A stretch of 36,876 nt of DNA from positions 1 through 36,876 of the IMG/VR virus record IMGVR_UViG_3300049782_000077, one strand, 5' to 3'. Made by a program: the position numbers and the translations under genes. Shown one piece after another: positions 27,735 through 35,329 of the stretch. Positions within the stretch are counted from its first letter, which is position 1; each line of letters begins with the position of its first letter. Source of the stretch: a virus. Taxonomy: Duplodnaviria > Caudoviricetes. A model generated the notes under the pieces. That model saw only the letters and a list, made by a program, of their open reading frames with translations, was not told the DNA's origin and ran no database searches.

Positions 27735-28295
27735 TCAGAAAGTGCTCAGCAGATGCCAGACTCCGGCACCCTCGTAAAGCGCTGCGACCTCTCCGCTCAG
27801 AAGCATGTCGTTCGCTACGCTCCGGGCGAGTGCCCGAAGATGAGGGCGGAAGAACTCGGGAATCTCCTGCGACTCCTCGATGTACTGGGACGCATACTCG
27901 GCAACGGCGTCCAGCTCTTCAAGGTGATCGCCGTACTCGCCGATGTATCGATCTTCGATCATGCTGGCTATCTCGGCCGCATCGCTGTCAGGATTCTCGG
28001 TAATGAAATGGGTGACGACACTGACTGGGTGACTTTGGATGAGTTCCGCGAAGGCGCACACGCGATGGACGGATTCATATTCGCCGAGGGGAAGCCCACC
28101 GAAGCCGTCGTAGTCGTGGATCGCGTACTCCTCGGCCACGTCGCCGTATTTGGCCGCGATGGGCGACGCTGCGAGCATCATGGATATCTCTCCATGAATC
28201 GAGTCGGGGTCCTGGGTGGCGTCGATCCACTTTCCGTGAAGGTATCCGTGGTTGTAGTCGGTAAGGCTGGCGACGTAGATGTGCGGAGTTTCCAT
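27735..28295 (-). CDS. ardA: Antirestriction protein ArdA (DNA mimic)
   Basis: IYVASLTDYNHGYLHGKWIDA, EEYAIHDYDGF and LGEYES motifs; very acidic; RBS TAAGGAG. Confidence 0.92.
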   Translation of the reverse strand: METPHIYVASLTDYNHGYLHGKWIDATQDPDSIHGEISMMLAASPIAAKYGDVAEEYAIHDYDGFGGLPLGEYESVHRVCAFAELIQSHPVSVVTHFITENPDSDAAEIASMIEDRYIGEYGDHLEELDAVAEYASQYIEESQEIPEFFRPHLRALARSVANDMLLSGEVAALYEGAGVWHLLSTF

Positions 28296-28376
28296 CTCTC
28301 TCCTTACAGAAGGTGAATCGATATGGGGCAGGAGGCACGGAAGAAAGGTCGCCCGCACCTCAAGCTCCGTGTCGAT

Positions 28377-28586
28377 TCAGTCGAGATACAGGGCAGACGG
28401 ATGCCAATCGAAAACGTGCCGTCGCCAAAGGTGCCGCTCGGCTTCGTCACGCCGCCAGTAGAAAAGCGCCTGAAGCCCTCTCTCGGGTCCGTTGGCGAAT
28501 ACTCCGGGCCCTCGGTGGTCAGACCAGACGACGCCGACAGGTTGTCCGCACTCGGAAACGAACCAGCGGAAGTGGGTCAGCCTCAC
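28377..28586 (-). CDS. Hypothetical protein (69 aa)
   Basis: GTGA overlap with the upstream stop. Confidence 0.5.
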   Translation of the reverse strand: MRLTHFRWFVSECGQPVGVVWSDHRGPGVFANGPERGLQALFYWRRDEAERHLWRRHVFDWHPSALYLD

Positions 28587-28810
28587 GAGAAGTCCCACCA
28601 ATCCTTGATCTCCTCCAGCGGCTCGCTGTAGCACTCCTCTACCACGTAAGCCATGTCGGCATCCGGCTTGTCGAGAACCGTCATGGCCGCGTTGACGACC
28701 AGGTTCACAATGTCTTCGTCGCGCTCCCCGAGTGCGAATTCGTCAATGACGAGACCAGCGCCCGCATTAACGGCCTCGAAGATCTGCTCTCGGGTGTAGG
28801 CATGGCTCAT
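28583..28810 (-). CDS. Small acidic hypothetical protein (75 aa)
   Basis: RBS GGAG; TAATG coupling. Confidence 0.7.
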   Translation of the reverse strand: MSHAYTREQIFEAVNAGAGLVIDEFALGERDEDIVNLVVNAAMTVLDKPDADMAYVVEECYSEPLEEIKDWWDFS

Positions 28811-28899
28811 TAGGCTCTCCCCGCAGTAACGATTAGAAGGATGACGACGACCACTGACGCGACGATGAACAGCCACCACAAGAAGTCTTCGGAGTCCAT
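28810..28899 (-). CDS. 29-aa single-pass membrane microprotein (absent from the ORF track)
   Basis: AAGGG RBS; MDSEDFLWWLFIVASVVVVILLIVTAGRA*; its TAA overlaps the next ATG. Confidence 0.6.
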   Translation of the reverse strand: MDSEDFLWWLFIVASVVVVILLIVTAGRA

Positions 28900-29000
28900 C
28901 GTGGCCCTTCCGGTCGGATTCCTGGCCGGGTGACCAGGCATGGCGGAGCGCGCCAATCGGCGCGCAGCACCAAACCCGTTCACTCATCGAAGAGGCGCAT

Positions 29001-29660
29001 TTACCCATCCGCTACGAGCGCGGCCAGCTCCATTCGGACCACAATGCTGCGCATCACTTCCCGTTCATCGGCCCCAATGTTGTAGCTCTCCTGGCAGTAC
29101 AGGCAATACCAGTCGTCATCACCGATCGCGATTTCCCCGCACTCGACCCCCATCACGAAGACATCCGAGCAGGAATGCGACTTGACATCGCAACCGCAAT
29201 CCGGGTCGGACGAATGGCACTCGTACTCGGACGGGTGATGGGCTTCCCATTCCAGTTCCGAGCAACGTTCGTCGTTCAACACCGGGTAGTCGGACAGGCA
29301 TATTTGAAGCCGCTCGGCTTCGGCGACGATTGCCGCGTTACTTGCATCGAAGATGAACGACTCAGCCGGACCGTAGCCCCAGCCTTCCGGGTCAATCTCA
29401 TCCAACGCCTTTTCGATCTGCTCAGCATTAGAGGCGTGTATAGCCCACTCAAAGACGTTGTAGCCGTAGTACCGTTCATCTGCACTGCTGGAAATGGGAG
29501 ACCCCAGCACATCAGTCATGAAACCGACGGCGGACCACTTCCTTTGTTCGGCCGCCTCGATAAAGCTATAGACGCTGTAGTGGCAGCTCTGGCGACAGAA
29601 GCTTTCGATTTCCTCGGACACCGTGACGTCGGTGTCGTATGGCATGTCAACGAACAGCAT
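29001..29660 (-). CDS. Acidic, Cys-rich hypothetical protein; first gene of the early operon
   Basis: RBS GAGG before ATG 29660; LSDYPVLNDE..SELEWE; CGC and CLYC. Confidence 0.75.
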   Translation of the reverse strand: MLFVDMPYDTDVTVSEEIESFCRQSCHYSVYSFIEAAEQRKWSAVGFMTDVLGSPISSSADERYYGYNVFEWAIHASNAEQIEKALDEIDPEGWGYGPAESFIFDASNAAIVAEAERLQICLSDYPVLNDERCSELEWEAHHPSEYECHSSDPDCGCDVKSHSCSDVFVMGVECGEIAIGDDDWYCLYCQESYNIGADEREVMRSIVVRMELAALVADG

Positions 29661-29662
29661 GT

Positions 29663-29678
29663 TACCTCGCATCAACTT
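29663..29678. promoter_or_regulatory. Operator-like repeat copy 3, overlapping the RBS
   Basis: TACCTCGCATCAACTT, 15/16 identical to the copies at 30288 and 30312. Confidence 0.6.
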
Positions 29679-29689
29679 TTTGGGCATGG

Positions 29690-30279
29690 GTATGCCTTGG
29701 CTCTTATCACTGCGTGAGCTAGGCCGGTTTGACCCGCTGGGGCCGCTATTCGGCCGCCTAGCCCTTGAGGACTCACACGTTTAAGGCCGCACATTGCGCC
29801 GTTGCTCTTGAGGCATGGGCGCCGTGCGCCGGACACGTGGTGTTGCCCTGGTGTTGCGGTTGACCTATCCATACCGGGCGGTCATAGGCGCCATTAACCA
29901 CAACGCCCGTCCGGCTATCACCCGCACTCTCACGCAGGGCCGTACTAGGTACCCAATTCCCGGCGTTGACCGGGCATCGCATTTCAACCCCGGAGCATTC
30001 GCTTGCTCCCCTGGTGTGCAGGCTATTGAATGTCCCCGAGCCGTTCCCGCCAACCCTGCTGGCCAAGGTCTTACGTACGGGCGTACGTCGGTTCATGTCT
30101 TACTAGGCCGGTTTCCCGCGTTGCCACTCGCGTCCGGTCATTCACTTAGTGGTTTTGGGGTGGTCAAGTCACACCCTGTCGCAAGTACCCGAACCCCTTC
30201 CGCCTGCCCCGTTTCCTCACCCCCTCTTCAAGGGGGGGTACTCCGGTCGGCCCTTCCGGGTCGGCGTCTTGCTGACAAG
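29690..30279 (-). ncRNA. Candidate large structured ncRNA / 5' leader (~590 nt)
   Basis: No convincing ORF; many nested helices, GNRA-like loops and G.U pairs that mostly favour the minus strand; lies between a predicted promoter and the first early gene. Confidence 0.5.
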
Positions 30280-30282
30280 TAA

Positions 30283-30327
30283 GAGATTACCGCGCATCAA
30301 CTTCAACGCAATACCGCGCATCAACTT
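30283..30327 (-). promoter_or_regulatory. Leftward early promoter with two direct-repeat operators
   Basis: TTGCGT-N16-TAATCT on the minus strand; TACCGCGCATCAACTT at 30288-30303 and 30312-30327. Confidence 0.65.
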
Positions 30328-30601
30328 TTCCGGTGTGCCGTAAGTCACCTCGCCTTTTCCGCTTCAGGCTCTTGACACCTTGAGTAGTGGCCGGGTACGC
30401 GCGCACCCGTTCCTCTTACGGGCCGCTGGCCGGTGCATGGCAAGGTGGCCAACGCCCCTGACTCTCGGGGAAGTGTCCCGCCATGCGCACTCACAGGGGG
30501 CAGAGAACGGCCACAGACACGCCCGGAACGACGTCCGCGCTGAACCCGAGCCCGTCCTGCCCCTGGGCAGCCTCACAGGGGCACGCAAGCGGCGCGGCCC
30601 G

Positions 30602-30902
30602 CGAATGAATGAAGTCCCACCCTGGGATCGTGTCCGGTCGGGTGGTGCCTGATGTGCGCACGGATTCATTCATTCATGCGCGCGTGTGCGTGCGCGCGCG
30701 TACGTGGGGTAATCACTTCATACATTCACGCAGGACCCACCGGGGGTGCCTTCCCTCTGGCGTGTACGGGTATGAATTAATCGCTGTGGGGCCGTGTGCC
30801 GGCCTCCCAGCACTTCGCCGGCCCCCCTGTCAGGTCAATCCTGCGAGCCTCCGGCAGAGCCGCGAGGAGCCTCCCCAGCCAACACCTTGGTGAATGAATG
30901 AA
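30602..30902. repeat. Cluster of TGAATGAATGAA-like 12-mers in both orientations (candidate origin iterons)
   Basis: Copies at 30602(+), 30665(-), 30717(-), 30769(+, degenerate) and 30891(+). Confidence 0.65.
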
Positions 30903-31043
30903 TTGCTGGCTGCGGCGGTGCATCGCACTTCGTCCGACCCGTGGCCCTGCTCACATCTCAGGCTGAGAGCGTTAGAGATCCGTCGAATAACAGGTACGTT
31001 ATTTATGGCGGCCGGTTCTCTATACACCTGTTGAAAAATGCTT

Positions 31044-31071
31044 CGGCCCCCTCCCGAGTGGAAGGGGGCCG
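31044..31071 (-). terminator. Terminator downstream of lsr2
   Basis: CGGCCCCCT/AGGGGGCCG stem; a T-run follows on the minus strand. Confidence 0.6.
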
Positions 31072-31097
31072 GCAGCATGGAGGCAGAGTGGCCGCGG

Positions 31098-31442
31098 TCA
31101 GTGGGCCTTGTCGTAGGCTTCCCGGACGTTCGACGGCACCCGACCGCGATCGTTCACCTCGTAGCCGTTCTCCTTGGCCCAGGCACGGATGGCCGCCGTG
31201 TCCGCAGTCGAGGTTGCGGTCGAGGCAGTCCGCCGGCCAGCGACGCCGGGCTTCTTCCCGCGCCCCGCCCTCCGACCGTTCTCCATAAACGGCTTCAAGG
31301 CATCCATGAGCTTGTCGAAGCTCTCCGGAACAAGGTCGATCTCATAGAGAACCCCGTCCAGGCTGAACGTGTGAGTGCTCACTTCACTCGACTCTTCGCC
31401 GGTGAGGTCATCTGAGTAGATAGTTATAACTTTCTGGGCCAT
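31098..31442 (-). CDS. lsr2: Lsr2 nucleoid-associated protein
   Basis: MAQKV..DDLTG, FSLDGVLYEIDL and IRAWAKENGYEVNDRGRVP; TATACT lies 7 nt upstream of the ATG (leaderless). Confidence 0.95.
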   Translation of the reverse strand: MAQKVITIYSDDLTGEESSEVSTHTFSLDGVLYEIDLVPESFDKLMDALKPFMENGRRAGRGKKPGVAGRRTASTATSTADTAAIRAWAKENGYEVNDRGRVPSNVREAYDKAH

Positions 31443-31604
31443 GGCCGGGAGTATACGCCTGCCGGCAGGATGCTCCGCCCGAAGCCCGTTCCCTGGTACG
31501 GGGCAATCCCTACAGGGCCTCCTCACCCTTCCGGCGGCCTTTCGCTGGAAGGGCTTGTGCGTCGTCTTCACGATGGTGAGGTATCGACGCGGGAGGCGTA
31601 GCAG

Positions 31605-32387
31605 ATGGGAGCAGACGAGAACAGGCTGGCTCTAGCCGATCGCCTCAGAACGTGGCGGTCCAAGGCCGGTGAGCAGATGAGCCGCGGCCGACCTCTCAGC
31701 CAGGTCGAGGTGGCCAAGCGCTGCAAGATGAGCGACCGGTGGTACCGGATGCTCGAAGCCGGCCAGAAGGTTCGGCTCGATGAGGACGTTCTGTCCCGGT
31801 TGGCTGACGCGCTCCTCTTGGACCAGGAGCAGCGCGCGGTCCTGCGCCTGCTGACAACTCGGCTGTCCGCCACGGTCCCCTGCAAGCACGAGGTTGACGA
31901 CACCTCGCTCCAAGGGCTTCGGCTCCTTCTCGAAAGTTTCTCCCCCTCGCCAGCCTTCCTGACCAACGAGACGTGGGATGTCCTGGGCTATAACCGAGCC
32001 CTGGCCGACTGGTTCCCCTTTGTGGTGAAGGAGAACGCGAATTTCGCTCTTTGGCTTCTTCGCAGCCAGGAGGCACGCCAGGTCTTCGGGGCAGACTGGC
32101 GAGAGCAAGCTCGCATCCTGCTCGGAGGCTTCAGATATCACCAGCTCAGTCACCCGGGCCATGCCCGGCTTGATCAGATCGTTGCTCTGGCTCTCCAGGA
32201 TCAGGAGTGCAGACGTTTGTGGGAGCAGAACGATGACGTGGCCAGGGCATTGGTCACGTCTCCGATCCGCCTTCACCTTCCAGGCCAAGGGTTTCGACCC
32301 GTCGATGTAGTGGTGCACGTTCTTCAATCGGCGGCAATGCCGACGCTGTTCGTAGCCGTCCTCATGATTCTCCCGAACGCCTATTGA
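31605..32387 (+). CDS. XRE-HTH regulator with an MmyB-like ligand-binding (PAS-like) domain
   Basis: LSQVEVAKRCKMSDRWYRMLEAG HTH; PAFLTNETWDVLGYN; RBS GGAGG. Confidence 0.88.
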   Translation: MGADENRLALADRLRTWRSKAGEQMSRGRPLSQVEVAKRCKMSDRWYRMLEAGQKVRLDEDVLSRLADALLLDQEQRAVLRLLTTRLSATVPCKHEVDDTSLQGLRLLLESFSPSPAFLTNETWDVLGYNRALADWFPFVVKENANFALWLLRSQEARQVFGADWREQARILLGGFRYHQLSHPGHARLDQIVALALQDQECRRLWEQNDDVARALVTSPIRLHLPGQGFRPVDVVVHVLQSAAMPTLFVAVLMILPNAY

Positions 32388-32429
32388 ATCTAGCCGGGCC
32401 ACTCGCTCCCGGGCTTCCTGGCCCGCCCG

Positions 32430-32775
32430 TCACCACAAGGTGGGTCGCGCCTCCGGCGTCCGGGAGCCGGAGAGGCCGGGAGGCACCGCCGCCTCGGCCA
32501 GCGCCTCCCAGGTGGGATACGCCCGGGGCAGGCGCAGCAGGAGGAGGCCGGCGGCGTGGGCGTCGAACGCCGCGCGGTGGCGCTGTCCCGGAGCCGGCGC
32601 CAGGTCCAGCCCCAGGTGCTCGATCAGGGCGTCGAGGCTGTGGCGGGGGGCGTCGAGAAGCGGCGCGCGGCTCAGGCGCAGCGTGTCGATTACGCCGGCG
32701 GGCTGCCAGTCCGGTAGGTGGCGGCGCAGCACCTTGTACTCGACGCCGGCGAGCTTGGAGCGCCAGCGTGCGGTT
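32430..32775 (-). pseudogene. 5'-truncated DEDDh 3'-5' exonuclease remnant
   Basis: IDTLRLSR, HSLDAL and HRAAFDA (ExoIII) are present; ExoI (DxETT) is absent and the ExoII HNA motif is eroded. Confidence 0.7.
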
Positions 32776-32859
32776 GGCGTTCGAATCATCGACTTCGACT
32801 CCGGACTCCGCGCCGGTCTAAAATACCGCGAAGTCCGCTGAACTCGAATCGAGGATGGA

Positions 32860-33426
32860 ATGGCCATTACTTTACCGTCCGAAGTGCTCAAGGGTCTTGA
32901 GGACGTGATGAGTACGCTGGAGACACCCTACAAGTGGCGCGCTGTTACGTCCTATTTTCGCCCCGAGGTACCGGAGCGCAGTTTCACCAGCAACGTTCAT
33001 GTGGTCCCGTTCATCGGGGACGCGTGTGTCTTGCTGCATACCGCGGAGGCCGGGTGGTCGACGCCGGGTGGCACGCTCTTGGAGGGCGAGGCTATCGAGA
33101 CGGCTGTCACGCGAGAACTGTCTGAGGAGATCGGCGCCGAGCCGTTGCGTTTCGAACTGTTCGGGCAGTGGGAGAGCGAGTCCTCGGCCCCAACGCCATA
33201 CCGGCCGTGGCTCCCTCACCCGAGGTTCGCCATCGCGGTGGGCTGGGCCGATGTCCGGATCGTGGGCTCGCCGAAGGACGATGGCGGGGTTGAGATGGAG
33301 ACGGTCCAGGAGATCGTCATCACGACGGTGAAGCAGGCGGCGGCCAGGCTGATGGCCAACGACCGGCCGCACCTGGCCGCCCTTTATCGGCTGGCCGAGC
33401 AGGTTCGCAAGGCTTCTCAGAGCTGA
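32860..33426 (+). CDS. NUDIX hydrolase
   Basis: Nudix box GTLLEGEAIETAVTRELSEEIG; alternative start near 32905. Confidence 0.9.
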   Translation: MAITLPSEVLKGLEDVMSTLETPYKWRAVTSYFRPEVPERSFTSNVHVVPFIGDACVLLHTAEAGWSTPGGTLLEGEAIETAVTRELSEEIGAEPLRFELFGQWESESSAPTPYRPWLPHPRFAIAVGWADVRIVGSPKDDGGVEMETVQEIVITTVKQAAARLMANDRPHLAALYRLAEQVRKASQS

Positions 33427-34115
33427 GCCGCCGCGTCCTGGGCGAGGAGGAGGCCCCGCTTGAAGATGGCCGGGGCCTCCTCTCGCGCTGTCAGCCCGGC
33501 TCTCGCGAGCGCGGCCTGGAGATCCTTCTTTCCCCAAAGGGTGAAGTCGTATCTTTCGTCGAAGTATCGAATTCCGGTGGAGTCGGCGATCACCGTGTGG
33601 AAGTCGATGGTTCCGGACGGATGCCCGTACCCGAGGCGAAGAGCGAAGACGCCGGCGCACTGGTGGTGGACCAGGTGCGGGCGACCGGGCGTCCAGTCCT
33701 CGGGGGTGAACCAGGGCTCGATGATGAGTAGGCCGCCGGGTGCGAGGTGGCGGCGTAGCCGGGTGATGGCCTGGTCGATCCTGGTGGGCGGGACGTAGCC
33801 AACTGCGCCGTCCAGTAGCAGGACTACGTCGAATGTTCGCCCCAGGTCCGCGGTGGCGAGGTCTCCGTGATGCAGCTCGACGTCGAGGGGTAGCTTGGTC
33901 CGGGCGACGGCGAGCATGTTCTCGCTGAGATCGAGGCCGGCTCGCTGGTATCCGTCGAGCTGGGCCAGGAGGCTGCCGGTGCCGCAGGCGACTTCCAGGA
34001 TCGAGTGTGCGCCGGGCCGGTGGCGTTCGATAAGGGCAGTCAGCGTGTTGGCTTCTTCGTCGTACCGGCGGTGCGACTTGAGCAGGTCGTAGACGTCGGC
34101 GATCTGGTCGAACAT
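33417..34115 (-). CDS. Class I SAM-dependent methyltransferase (TylM1/DesVI-like)
   Basis: ILEVACGTG, GLDLSENML and LIIEPWFTPE motifs. Confidence 0.88.
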   Translation of the reverse strand: MFDQIADVYDLLKSHRRYDEEANTLTALIERHRPGAHSILEVACGTGSLLAQLDGYQRAGLDLSENMLAVARTKLPLDVELHHGDLATADLGRTFDVVLLLDGAVGYVPPTRIDQAITRLRRHLAPGGLLIIEPWFTPEDWTPGRPHLVHHQCAGVFALRLGYGHPSGTIDFHTVIADSTGIRYFDERYDFTLWGKKDLQAALARAGLTAREEAPAIFKRGLLLAQDAAAQL

Positions 34116-34116
34116 C

Positions 34117-35316
34117 TCAGCTCTTGCGTCGCGTGGGGCCGAGTTGGAGTAGAAGTGGCTTGATGCAGCCGGGGTCGGCTGCGTCGAGGCTGCCGCCGGT
34201 GTGCAGGCGCATGGCGGGGCACTCGGAGTGGCAGGTGCGGCGGCGGGGGCAGGAGGAGCACTCCTTGTTCTCGGGGAGGTCGCGCATCTGCTGGAAGGGG
34301 GCGGCGTGCTGCCAGAAGTCGGCGAGTATGCCCGGTGTCCATCGGCCTGCGTGGAAGCCGCGGCCGAGGAAGGTGCAGGGTGACACCGTTCCGTCCTCGT
34401 CCACGAACATGATGCGGGTGCCGGCGCCGCAGTCGGTTTCGGACAGCAGGAGCGGTTCCTTTTCGCCGGCCTCTGTGTTCATCAGGTCTTCGACGCCGCA
34501 GTGGTCGGCGGCGTTCAGCTTGAGAACGGCGTCGAAGTACGCCTGGGTGGGCTGGGTGATGATGTCATCGGTTTCGAGCACGCGGCCGGAGGGCTTGGCG
34601 CGGCGTGCCTTGACCGGTACTCCCAGGTCGGCGCAGAGCGCCAGCACGGCGTCGACGTCGGCGAGGTTGGAGTTCATCAGGGTGTAGCGGACGGTGGGCC
34701 GGATACCGGCGTCGAGCATCCTGCGGATGGTGGCGACGGTCTTCCGGAAGGCTCCGCGGTGGCGGCGGATGCGGTCGTGGTTCTCTTCGGCCCCGTCCAG
34801 GGAGACGTTGACGCGGACCTGGTGGTGGAGGAACTGCTTCAGGTCGTGGTCGGTGACGACGGTGGCGTTGGTGGTGAGGGAGACGCCCATGCCGTGTCGG
34901 CGGATCGCGGCCACGAGCTGCCACAGGTCGCGGCGCATGAGGGGTTCCCCGCCGCCTACGACGATCAGGAAGACGCCCATCTCTCCGGCCTCGTCAATGA
35001 GGGCCAAAAGGTCGTCGGTGGTGGGTTCCGTGCGGCCGGCGGGTGACGAGCTGGACATGCAGTGGGCGCAGGAGAGGTTGCAGCGGTTCGAGACGCTGAC
35101 GAACAGCTTGAGCGGGGCGGTCATCGCGTCGCGCACGAGGGGACGCTCGATCCGGCGTACGGCGTGGCCGTCGGCCTCCAGGGTTCGGATGTGGGACTCC
35201 GTGACCGGGTCGACGCTGTGCCGGACGGTGTCGAACAGCAGCCAGGCGTCGCGCTCGCGCCGGGCGAGGTAGGCGTAACCGCTTGTGGAAGCCGTCGGTA
35301 CGGTAGCTAACGGCAC
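34117..35316 (-). CDS. Radical SAM / SPASM domain protein
   Basis: CNLSCAHC and GGGEP; SPASM cysteines CGAG..PC, CSSC..C..EC..C; strong RBS AAGGAG. Confidence 0.93.
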   Translation of the reverse strand: MPLATVPTASTSGYAYLARRERDAWLLFDTVRHSVDPVTESHIRTLEADGHAVRRIERPLVRDAMTAPLKLFVSVSNRCNLSCAHCMSSSSPAGRTEPTTDDLLALIDEAGEMGVFLIVVGGGEPLMRRDLWQLVAAIRRHGMGVSLTTNATVVTDHDLKQFLHHQVRVNVSLDGAEENHDRIRRHRGAFRKTVATIRRMLDAGIRPTVRYTLMNSNLADVDAVLALCADLGVPVKARRAKPSGRVLETDDIITQPTQAYFDAVLKLNAADHCGVEDLMNTEAGEKEPLLLSETDCGAGTRIMFVDEDGTVSPCTFLGRGFHAGRWTPGILADFWQHAAPFQQMRDLPENKECSSCPRRRTCHSECPAMRLHTGGSLDAADPGCIKPLLLQLGPTRRKS

Positions 35317-35329
35317 AGGTTTCTCCTTT

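Larger units (their letters stand above)
1..31442. mobile_element. Siphovirus-type phage/prophage (or phage-plasmid) region; both boundaries undefined
   Basis: Canonical order terminase-portal-scaffold-capsid-connectors-tail-TMP-Dit-lysis on +, then a convergent early operon on -. No integrase or att site seen in the window. Confidence 0.92.

Noticed and set aside
29690-30280. tRNA genes in the structured region
   Set aside because: No cloverleaf with a GTTCRA T-arm and acceptor stem could be built by eye.
29773-30282. ORFs of 107 aa (-) and 155 aa (+) within the structured interval
   Set aside because: No clear RBS, codon usage unlike neighbouring genes, and no recognisable protein features.
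30372-30401. Rightward promoter TTGACA-N18-TACGCG
   Set aside because: Perfect -35 but the -10 lacks the conserved final T, and no gene follows on the plus strand.
34117-35316. Radical SAM enzyme as a prokaryotic viperin
   Set aside because: It has a C-terminal SPASM cysteine set and lacks the viperin-type CNYxCxFCFH context.
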